A DNA stretch of 64,000 nt from Diplonema japonicum (lineage: Eukaryota > Protista > Euglenozoa: Diplonemea). The stretch covers positions 248,001 to 312,000 of the forward strand of contig OZ025721.1 of the NCBI GenBank assembly GCA_964019335.1, given 5' to 3'. Positions 43,702 to 55,200 of the stretch are shown one piece after another. A program made the translations under genes and the position numbers. The notes under the pieces are model-generated. The model ran no database searches and had not been told where the DNA came from. It saw only the letters and a list, made by a program, of their open reading frames with translations. How positions within the stretch are numbered: position 1 is the first letter of the stretch; each line of letters begins with the position of its first letter.

Positions 43702-44664
43702 ATGCAGCCCATGGACCATTACGCCGTCCTGGGTTTGGAGATGGGTGCGGTTGCGGGGGACATCAAGAAAGCATATCACAGGCTGGCTTTGGAGACCCAC
43801 CCTGACAGGGCAGGCGAGAGTGCTGACATTGAGAGGTTCAAGAAGGTCTCTGAAGCATATGAGGTGCTGGGCGACCCGAAAAAAAAATGGGAGTACGACG
43901 CCGTCCTGGCACAGGAAAGCTCTTCCGACGAGAGTATAGAGGAACGGCCGAGGGAAAACGAGATGAGACGGAAATCGTTCTCAAGAACGTGCAAGAGGAC
44001 CCCTAGTATGACCCCCCACCGGTCACCATCGTTCTCCCCTAGGGGTTCGGCTCAACCCCTTCCCCAGCAAAAGTTTTGCCGGGCAGAAGTGGTGATTATT
44101 TCGCTTCTAGCAACTCTTTTCATCCTTCTGGCTTCTTCGCGTGGAGGTTATATCCGCAGCCCTGCGCTACAAACCACCATCTCTCACCAACCTGGAAGTC
44201 ACCTATCGCCTACCCGACCAGGGGTCACCATCACAGGTGCCTGCCCTGCGTCAAAAAGAGTCATTGAAGGTGAATATATTGCAATAGGGACGTTACTTGG
44301 CCGGCCGTGGTACCGGCAGAAAACATATGGTTCAATGTTGTATTACGATTCTGCCTGCGATGGGACCTCGCGGTCCCCCTCGGGGTGGTTCATCATGGAC
44401 GCAGAGAAGGCGGACCAGGTGGTCCCGGCACCTACCTTCGGTACCGGTTGCGGAACTACCGCCAGGATCGCTTGGGTATGGCTTGGGGGGGAGGGAAAAA
44501 AATGCAGGACGGATCACAACTCCCCTTTGGAACTGAAACCTGGGAGATGGCCTGTGCTGACAGCACGCCGACCAAGGTTAACCTCACTATAACTAAGGTA
44601 TTTTTTTTTGGGGGGGGGAAGAAGAAAAAAAAAATAGATTGGTGGCTATACGCAATGGGGGTAA
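43702..44664 (+). CDS. DnaJ-domain single-pass membrane protein; introns 44476-44507 and 44598-44637
   Basis: DHYAVLGL..IKKAYHRLALETHPDR..AYEVLGDP; one TM helix. Spliced ARIAW|DGSQLPFGTETWEMAC. Confidence 0.85.
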
Positions 44665-45604
44665 TACGATATACACTTTTCTTTTTGTTTCCCTGCAATT
44701 TAAAAAAAAAAAGTCAATAATTGTTTTCAAAAAAAAAAAAAAAAAAAGAATAAATCAAAAAAAAAAAAAAAAAAAAAGAAAAAGGACTGATATTTATTAC
44801 CTTTTTGCAACTTCGTGCCAAGCAAAAAAGAAAAAAAAGAAAAAAAAAAAGAAGAAGAAGACGAAAAAGAAAAAAAACCCCCCTTTTTTGTGTATCCTCC
44901 CTTGCAACCCCCCTTTTTTTTGTTAATGTTAACATGAACGAAATAAATGAAGAAGAAGGGGGGGGGGGGGGGGGGGGGAAGGGGGGGGGGGGACGAAGAA
45001 AACAGAAGAATTAGAGAAAGGGGGGGAAGGGGAACGGACAAAGGAGAACTTTTCTTTGTCCCCGGAATCTGTGGGTCTGGTCTCACCAGTAGATTAAAGG
45101 GATTAAAAGAGAACCAATCTTTTTTTTTTCTTTTCTTTTTTTTTTCTCTACCCCTTATTGACAATTTCCCGCCCTTTTTTCTTCTTTTCAACCCCAAGTG
45201 CGGCTATACACGTGACCCCCCCGGAAGAGAAGAAGAAAAAAGTGATCAGCTCGACTCGGTATGTGTCGTATGTCTCCAGCTTTACTTTTTCTGTTTTTTC
45301 TTCTTCTTTCTTCTCTTTTTTTTTTTTCCCCCTTCCCTTTCTTCTTCTTTTCTTTTCTGACCCTTGCTAAAGGAAAAATAAGAAAGAGTTTTCAGTAGTC
45401 CCCTTCCCCCCTCCCTCCCCCCCCCCCCCGTTGTACGCACATTTGCCCCTCCCAGTGGAATGCAAAGAAGCTCCCCCGTATCTTTTTTCTTCTTCTTCTT
45501 TTTTTTTTTTCTTGTACTATGACACTTGGAGCGTTGTTCGACTTGTCACCTTGACGTTAAAAGATCGATTTTAAAAGAGCTGGGAGGGGGGGAGCGAGCG
45601 AACC

Positions 45605-45940
45605 ATGTATCGTGCATTACACAGTGGCGTCAGGCGATTGACTGCAGGGCAGGGGCAGAGGAGGCTGGTGGTTCAGAAGGAGTTCCGACCGGAATATGAA
45701 GGGGAAATGCTGCGGGGCGTTCGGACGGCGGAAGTGACCACCCCATTGAGGTACAGGGGCATGTTCGCTTTCTCAGTCTTGGGCTTTTTAGGGTGTTGGA
45801 AAATAATGTTTGTGAAAAACGAGGGGGGAGGGAAGAAGAAAAAGAAAAAAAAAAAAAAATCTCACAGTTTTGAAGCAGTGCACGACGCTCACTCTGATCC
45901 TTATTACGGAGAAGAGGACGATGAAGAAGATGATGAGTGA
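45605..45940 (+). CDS. Small single-TM protein, probably mitochondrial; probable intron 45808-45867
   Basis: Presequence-like MYRALHSGVRRL, one TM, acidic tail; A-rich in-frame GT..CACAG segment. Confidence 0.55.
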   Translation: MYRALHSGVRRLTAGQGQRRLVVQKEFRPEYEGEMLRGVRTAEVTTPLRYRGMFAFSVLGFLGCWKIMFVKNEGGGKKKKKKKKKSHSFEAVHDAHSDPYYGEEDDEEDDE

Positions 45941-46207
45941 ACCCCAGAGGAGAAAGGGGCAAAGTGTTTTCTTTTTTGTTTTACCCCCCCCCTTTTTTAT
46001 GTACCATCCTTTATCTTTTTCCCCCTTCGGGTTTCTTTTTTTTTTTTTTTTTTTTTTTTAATCCCGTTTTCGGTCTCGAATTTTTTTTTTTTTTTTCTCA
46101 GGCGGTCTTGAAAAAAAAGAAAAGAGAAAGAGGAGGGGGAAAAAAATTAAGGAAAAGATGCGGTAAAGAAGAAGAAGAAGAAAAAAAAAAAGTCAAGAGA
46201 GGTAGGA

Positions 46208-49200
46208 ATGCAGCCCCCGACGGAAATCCATGGCAACGATGACATCCATCGTAGGACCCTCGACTGGGTTATATTGGGCATTGGTTGTGCTGTGTACATT
46301 GTGGCGCTGCCGTTCATGGTGTTGACTTGGAAGCTGAGGCGGAAGTTCTACCCAATTCGGCTGAGGTATTCGGGTCTGACCCTCACGGGTTGCTGCGGGG
46401 GGTTTTGGTGGTTTGCGGCTCAAGTTTCAGAACGGCAACTTTTGCTACAAGTAGACGTTCTGGAACCCTCAGCGGTGAACTGTTGGGTCTACAGTGTGTT
46501 CAGGTACCTTGGGATGTCGCTCTATTTCAACGCACTGCTGTGCAAACAGTACAAACAACACAAAAAGTACGTTCAGGTGGAACCGAGCCACCAGTCCGCA
46601 TTGATCGTTTTGGTGATGTCGATACCGTTTTTGGTATTTATGTCTGTCCCCGCCTCAGGCATGTATGATAATAGTGAGGTTAACACCAATGGTCTTTGCG
46701 GAACACCAAATGTTATGTGGCGTGTGACAAGTTGTTACACGGCATTTTTGTTCATCCCATTTGCGGTGCTCCTCCGGTCGCTGTCCGATCCTTGCTCTTA
46801 CTTCCCTAACTTCAAACTATCTTGCAATGATTTTGCGGGGTTCGTGGTTTCGTCGTCCACCTTCCTCGCGATGTCGTGGGGCTGCGACAGTTCCTCCACG
46901 TCGCCTCCGTCCATCCTTGTCACCCTCCATACGGTTCTTGGAACAGTTTTCACTCCAATCTATCTTTTCACCTCCACCATGGCGGTACCACTATACAAAT
47001 GGTACATTGACGACGAAGATTATGTTTCTGAATTCGAACGGAGAATGCGTGCGAACATACAGCTCCCGATAGGACCGGGACCGTTGATGTACACTACACA
47101 GTCAGTCGGAGGCACCGAGTTTTTTGAGGTGGAGAAGCTTGCGATGCATGTCGAGTCCGGTGACCCAGAGCAGGTGAAAAAATGGCTTGCACAGACTAAC
47201 CTCTCGAATGTCAATGTTCCTGACAAAGAAGGTCTTACCCCTTTGCACCGCGCTGTGAAGAACTGCAACATTGCAGTCACGGAGCTTCTTCTTGACATGG
47301 ATGCGGATCCGAATGTCATGTCTTCTGATGGGTTGTACCCGTTGCAGGTAGCATCGAAGCGTGGCAGTGCGGAGTGTATTTTCTTGCTGCACAGGTACGG
47401 TGCGAACATCAACGCAAAGAATTGTAAAGGTGTCACCCCGCTTCATGTTGCCATAGAGTACAAGCAGATGGGTGTGCTTTCCTTGCTTCTCCGTTTGGGA
47501 GGATCCTGCAATGATGCGTCCCCTTCCGGTGACGGGAAGCAGTGCGATGTCACGTCCACCTTGCCTTCCGGCTGGAACTGGGACGACGTGCACTGCTCCA
47601 GTCGCGGCTGGATGCGCGATTACCGTAAAAACCCCCTCACCCTCGCTTGCGAACTGGGGTACAAAGACATCGTCTCCTTCCTCATCGAGACCACCGACAT
47701 CAGAGCGGACACTTGCTGCGTCCACGGTTGGAATCCTCTCCAGTTATGTTGTGTCCTGGGACACACACATCTCATCGACTACTTCTGCACGCTCCCTGAA
47801 TCATGTGTCAAACCGTGCTATGAAAACCCCAGAGATAGAAGGAATGTTTTCCACTACTGCTGCTTTTTGGGGCAAGACAAGGTTTGTCCCCTCCCCTTTC
47901 CCCTTCCTTTTGGCCATCTGGCGCCCCAGCAGGACCCTTTCATTGGCAGAGGCAGCGCCCTTTTGTCCCAACCTGGCTTTCGACAAGCCATGCTGCCCAT
48001 CATCCCGGCAGCAGCATGCCCATCGTCTTTCGACGCTTCTTTTTCCTGGTCAGGAAACTGTGGGGACCCGCTCCCACCTCTTGGGCACTCCTCCTCACTC
48101 TCGCCTTAAAGCCACACTTTTGAATAGTGTTTAGTGAAAAGGATCAATCATCGTTTCCCCCTTTACAACTCAGTGGATTAAACACCGATAGGTCAGCGAT
48201 AGGAGCCCCCCCACCAGGAACCTCCGAGGAGGCAGACGGGTCCCCAGAACAGAGGGGACACGTGCCGTCCACCGATGGCGCTGACGAGGGGACTGACACC
48301 CCAGACTGCCCCAGGCACGCTGCGACACCGGAGAGAAAGGGTACCGTAGCACCTTTATGCTACGACACCCCCCCACCAGCCGAAAGGCTCGTAGGAGTTG
48401 CCACAACTAGGCAGACAACCCTACACACCACCCCCTCGCAGACAACGCCCCTGCACAAGGTGAACCCTCCCGTAAAAAGGAAGGTAGAAGGCCAGTACTA
48501 AGGGCCGTGCAATCTCATTCAACACCCCTTTCACCCCCTTTCCCACACCGTCTCTCACTCCCTACCCCTACTCCCAAACCCCCAACACTTCACCCCATCT
48601 AAACGAAGATGAAGTACTACCCAGCTTCTCAAGCCCTGGAAGCTGGGGTGACCGCAAAGGCAGCACATCATCACCACATCACCCTCATCTTTCCCTCTCT
48701 CCACGCACAATTCCTCCCCAAACAAGCACTCACAAACTCCCGTCACCGGTGACGAAGTATTACCCAGTATCCAAAGGCCTGGACCTAGGGGTGACCACAC
48801 AGGCAATCTTCACATTCGCAGAAATCCCGCAGCCAGCGGTCCGCACGGAAAACACTTACTGAGCTGCGGGGACATAGAAGCGAACCCCGGTCCAACCACC
48901 GAAAAGACAACAAGAGTTGAACACTCTCTCCCTCCCGTCCCCTCTACTTCCTCTCTCTCACAGGCACACTCCAACACAACACCACCACCTAACAACATCA
49001 ACGTACTGTCTCTCAATGTCAGATCCCTAACGGTGAGCACCACAGCGCAGCTGCTGAAGGGCATTGAGACACACAACATCGACGTGCTCCTACTCCAAGA
49101 GACTTTCCTGAGGCCGTCGAAAGATATAACCGGAGTCTTCACTGGGTTCAAGGCATACCGCCGAGACCGAACACGACCGGTGAAAAGAGGAAAGCAAATC

Positions 49201-52200
49201 AGCGGAGGGGGTCTCGTCACACTGGTCAGAGAATCGATACCGTCGAAACAGATCGAAGTTCTTCAGAAACCCAGCGACGTGACGGAAAGACTCGACGTAG
49301 AGATCTCGCTGCCCAACCGGAAGCCGTACAGACTCGTCAACCTGTACCTGCCTCCGACAACGGGTAGAGACGGCGACGACAGACCACCCCCCGAGAAATA
49401 TTTCCGCCCGGCAGAGCTGCCTCATGACAGTCACACCATCATCGCCGGTGACATGAACGCCCACCACACGATGTGGGACAAAAGGGGCACACCGAATAAG
49501 CTGGGAGAAATACTGCACAGCTGGATGCTGCGATGGGGCTACAGCACATGGAACAAGAGCAGCGAAGCCACGATCCTGAACCCGTCAGGAAACCCAACCT
49601 CTCCGGACATGGTAATGAGCGGCGCAGAGTTCGACAAATCTTCTTGGAGGACGTTGCCAGCAATGGGCTCAGACCACGTTCCGATGTTCTTCAGTCTGAG
49701 AGGGGGAGTCAGCCAACCGACCAGAAGAGTACTCTACTCTTGGGGGAGGGAGGCAAGGAGCGTGTACAGGGAGACGATGGAAGAAAAGTGCAGCAGGCTG
49801 CTCAGGGCCAGAGACCCGATAAGGCTAAACGCTGAGTTTCGCACGCTTCTTCTATCGGCAACCGAATCGTGCGTCCCCAGGAAAGGACAGAAGAAAGGGA
49901 AGGTTTGGTGGAACGACGAGATTGACGCACTCGCAAGGCGACGAAGCACACTGAAGGCGAAGCTGTTGTCCGAGGATCACGACGGGAACGACGAAGACCT
50001 GGCACGTCTAGCGGCGATGGAGGCAGAGCTGGACAGGGCGATAACGAGCGGGAAGCAGGCTGCCTGGGGCGACTACACCAAGAAGTTGTCCAAGGACGGA
50101 AACCTGTCGCAAGCCTTCTCGGTCATCCGCAGATTCGACGGTCGCAGCGAGAAGCCACCAGTAGCCCCGCTCCGACGAGGAAACGGTATCGCCACCACCG
50201 ACAGGGAGAAGGCCAGTGTACTCGTCGAGCACTACGCGAGGGCCTGCTCCCCAAGGACGACTGCCAAGTCGGAGGAAGTGATCACCACCATCAAGAAGGA
50301 CGCGAAGCCCGGGACAGACAACGACTTCCCCCTGGTAACGAAGGACGAGCTGGACTCGGTGCTGCGAAGGCTGAAGAAGGGCAAGGCTCCGGGCCCAGAC
50401 GGCATCTACAACGAAATGCTGAAGTACCTGGGACCTGTGGCCAGGGAAGTTCTACTCCTCCTCTACAACTCATCCCTCCAGACCGGTGTCGTCCCTGCCG
50501 AATGGAGGCGGTCTTCCATCATCCCCCTCATGAAAAAGGGCAAACCAATCCGAACCCGCCTCGTACAGGCCGATCGCGCTGACGTCAAACATCGTGAAGA
50601 CGTTAGAGCGTATAGTCAAGGACAGGATGTGCTTCCTGCAGGACACAGAACGGGTAAGGCAATTGCACACATCGCAGGCGGGTTTCCGGAAAGGGAGGTC
50701 CACGGAGGAAAACGTGCTGTACGCCGCCTCAAAGCTCAAAAGTGTCAGACTGAGCCAAGGTCTGGGGGGTCTCCTGCTGTTCGACTTCAAAGGAGCCTTC
50801 GACACAGTCTGGCACAAGGGAGTGATCGCAAAGCTGATAGGCGACGGTTACCCTCCCAAGATCGTGAAATGGATCACCTCTTTCCTCGACCAACGTAAAG
50901 CCTCCGTCTGTGTGAACGGGGAACACGGCTGCGTGAAGACAATGACAGGGGGCGTACCCCAAGGCACCATCCTGGCCCCGCAGCTCTTTTCCATCTACGT
51001 CAACGACCTGGCCAGGTTGTACAGGAAGGCTGGAATCGACGCGGTAGTGTACGCAGACGACATAGCGATAGTGCTGGAGGCGGGGAGTCCTGCCGAGCTG
51101 AACAAGAAGGTGCAACGCGCGGTGAGCCTCACGGAGCGATGGTGCGAGACGTTCTCGATGAAACTGTCCCAGGAAAAGACAGAGTTCATGCCGGTAGAGG
51201 GACAGTTCTGGAACTCGCACGACAGTCTCGCAAACCTCATCAACGCCCGCTTCCCCTCGAGTGGGGCGAAAGTCAAGGTGGTACGCGAGGCTAAATATCT
51301 TGGAGTCACCTTCGACGAAAGCATGAACTTCCACGAGCATGTGCAGAAGGTGAAGGGAAAGATCAACAGCCGTCTTCGCCTGCTGCGCAAACTCGCCGGA
51401 ACAAGTGGGGATGCCGCAAGCACACCCTAAGGACGCTGTACCTGACGTACGTCCAACCGGTTCTGCGCTACTGTCTCGGTGCTTACGGCAACTTCGTGGG
51501 ACATGCTGCTCTGGCCGAGTTCGACTCGCTACAATACACAGCAGCGAGGTTGATAACGGGATGCTTCGACAAGACTTCCGCGACGGTGACCAGGTCAGAG
51601 GCGGGCATCTGGGAGATTGAATCCTTGCTGGAACACGACACCCTGGTGCTCTACGAGAAGGCACAGCGTCAACCAGGGACGACAGCGGAGAAGGCAACAA
51701 AGATATCCGGGGGTCAGATGTGGTACGGGAAAAGCTGGCGAAACACCGCGCTCGACTTGGCGAAGAGTCACGGGATGCCGGAACGCGAAGACCTACCACA
51801 CCACTCAGTCACTCAGAGCGCAGACCTGCAGCTCCCTCCATGGGTACAGCTCCATCTGATTGCAGAAGAACTGGTCTTCGCCCTCCCTGTAATATTTCCA
51901 TGCTTCCCTTCACCTTTCCCCTTCCCAGGTGTTGCTCCCCATGGTGGCACCTATTGGTATTTTGAAAAAAAAAAAAAAAAGCGATTTTAAGGGGTCGAAT
52001 ACACACACACATGAAAATGTAAGCCCGACCCGAGTGTGTGTGGTGGCTGCTCACCTCCCAGTGGTGGCCCTGGGCAACGTGTACGCAAGGTGCACGGCTA
52101 AGAGGCAGCTTCCCTCTTGTTGTGTGGGGTGAGTCGTGTGGTGACGCGGACCCCTGGCCGAGCAAAACGAGGGGTGCTGGAGCGAAGACGGTCAGTTTGG

Positions 52201-55200
52201 CACAAGCCGCTATCGGGGCACCGGTAGCGGGGGTGTAAGACCAACAGACTCGTTCCGAGCGAAGGCATCTCTCGAGGGGAGCGGAGCCGGGGGGGCGTTT
52301 TTCGTGCTGATCCGGATCCCGACCGGCCCTCTACATCAACTATCCCTCTCCCAACCCCTACCTTCCTCTCACGAGTTGGCCCTGCCGCTCCATCGCGCTG
52401 GTTGCCTGACGCCAGCGCCGACGACGACGACGACCGGGGCCCTCGACATGGGCAACTTAGAAGAGTAGAGTCATCTTTCCCCCCCTTTTTAGTTTCCCTC
52501 AAAACCTCACCCGATGTCTCCTGTTCTGCTGCCAGGTCTTTTCTGTTGCTATTCCTCTCTCTTCCCCTTTTCTTTTCATTTTATGTTTTAATTATCTAGT
52601 GCCCCACCGACCCAACAAATCCAGCAAGGGGGGTCTCGTGCTGGTTTAAGCAATGGTCGCCCCGAAATCCTTAAGACGATCCTACCTTTTGAGGAGGATG
52701 CGCTGTTGGCGGGGAATGTGCGGAGTTGGCCAAGGACGCCCAGTCAAAGGAATTTATTAGGGGGCGAGAACCAGACTGGGTGGGCCCTCGGCGTTCAATA
52801 AAAAGGGGTGAAACAATAAGGAAAGGGGTAATATTAATAAGGGTGGGAGGGAATGAAGAGGGAGAGAAAAAAGAAATGATAAAAGGATCTTGAAGGACAG
52901 TGTCCCAGTACTCACCGCTCCTCTCTGTTGGTAATTGGCCACACAGAAGCTTTTTTTTTTTAAAGAAAAAAAAAAGACCAGAAGGAGGGAGCTAAACCCC
53001 CTACCTATGGTGCTGTTTGTTCTCTTCTTGGGCGAAAGGCTCATGATACCTTCACTTTGATTTTTGATTTCTCGAGCTCTGCTTTTCAACTCAGCTTTGT
53101 TGATTTTTTCTTCCTTTCCCCATTTTCGTTTTATCCTTTTCAAACCTTCTCTGATGCTCCCGACCCGGCAGTGGAACAGATATTATTATTATTATTATTA
53201 TTATTATTAAAAGCGATTTGGAAATCCTTAAGACGATCCTTCCTATTGAGGGGGATGCGCTACCAGGGGAAAGGAAAAAAGGTGGCCATGGGCAGGACAG
53301 TCGAAGGAATGTACTAGGGGGCCAAGAGGCAGACTGACTGCGCCATAGGCGATACAAAAGGAGAAGATTTTGACCAGGAAAGAATGGAACAATGGAATAT
53401 CTGAAAGGAAGTATACACACACTCCCCTTACTGAATACCGTCTTGCTTCACCCTGTGATTTGCCAGGCACAATTATGTCACCCTGTGCAACACAGACTTT
53501 TGATGTTTCAAACCTCTTTATCTTCTCTCCACCTTTTGTCTCCCCCACTGGCAGTGGAACAAATATTATTATTATTATTAAAAGCGATAGCCAGTTTTCC
53601 GTTACTGTCTGGGGGCGTACGGACCTTTCGTGATAGGCGGGAGGGGCACGTACCACGAAGGAATCCAGAAGCTGCAGTACCGGGCAGCTTTAACGATCAC
53701 AGGATGCTGGCTTGTGGACACTCGATGCGCTGATCGAACACGACAGTTTACTGCTGTACGAGTCCATCATTAGGAAGGAGAACACAGCTGCCTTTCAAGC
53801 TACACAACCCCTGAAGGATCTGACCAGATACGAGGTACTGTTCCCGAAGAAAACATGGTCAGATCGACAAAGGGAAGCAGCCAGGGCCTACAAGCTCCCA
53901 GAGAGAGCGGCAACACCATTCTCAGGTTATGCCTTTGAGAAGAAGTACAGAGTTACACCTTGGCAGAGATTCGAGGGTAAACTGATACTGGCCCCCTTCC
54001 TCGACATACATGTGAAGAGATCGGACACCAGTGAAGTCAGAAGGAAAGCAACAGAGGACACTCTGAACCGGCTTATCGAGAAGCACGGAAAAGCCTTCTG
54101 CATGATCTTCACAGACGGGTCATTGAAGGACGGCAGGAACGGAGGAGCTGCTGCGATACTGTTGCGAGGGGAGAGAAAAGCTTCGTATGGGGTCAGCGGT
54201 GGATCCTATACGTCATCCTACAGGTGCGAGCAAAGGGCCATAGAGCTGGGGCTGCACCTCGCGACAAACCTCTCGAAGAGAGTGGGCACGAGCCAAGAGA
54301 TGGTCCTTATTTGCACTGATTCGCAGTCGGTAATAAGGAGGATGTGCCAGGGGCACCTGTCCGCTGTCTCTGCAGACGAGTACAAACTGTGGCACGAGGT
54401 AGCGGGACTTGTAAAGAGAGGCCACAAAGTGGTCATACAGTACGTACCAAGTCACTGCGGATTCAAATGGAACGAGATGGCGGACAAGAAGGCGAAGGAG
54501 ACCTGCCGGGCAGTTGCCCACGAACAGAAGACCAGCATAGACATCGTGAAGTCACTGGTGAGAAAAAAGGTACTGGCGAGCCACCTCCTCTTCTGGAAAA
54601 AAACGGGTGTCAAGGAGACATACCGAGAGCTTTTCGCAGGGAATTTCGAGAAGTTTGAAGAGCTAAACAGGGAACAAGAAGTTGCGATCATGAGGCTGAG
54701 AGTGGGGAAGAGCCCCCTCATAAGCGGGTATCTACTCAATCCCCCGGCCGATGTGGTCACATGCCACCTTTGTTCGATGCCTCAGACGCTGAGCCACCTC
54801 CTGAAAGAATGCCAGGACGATGGTAGAGCTGACCAGAGAAGTCAGATCTTCGGTTCCTCCCTTCCTTCGCTCAAGGCCCTACTGTCAACTGACGCCGGGA
54901 AAACCGTACAATTCCTGGAACAGCAGGGCCTGTTGTGACCGACCGTGAGATATAATCCCCTTTATAAATTATATTATAAACTAAACTTTACTTATATACT
55001 TTTCTCTCAAATTATCCTGAGTTTGAAGCTGTACTGTTGTTATACGACTTCAGACAGCAATTGTTTCTAACTCAATCTCTCGACTCTGGCTTCACTCCTA
55101 TCCTTTCTTTTCACCTCCCTCCCCAGTGTCTTCCCTTATTTTCCATTACCAGGCCCCTGACCCCCGCCCCCAGTGTTATTCAAATTTTTCACTCACCTTT

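Noticed and set aside
47882-48109. C-terminal extension of ORF 46208-48109
   Set aside because: Read-through into the intron; the ankyrin repeat continues at 55891.
48260-48320. Hammerhead-like CTGACGA between two hairpins at the LINE 5' region
   Set aside because: Stem II is followed by AGAC rather than GAAA, and there is no properly placed NUH triplet.
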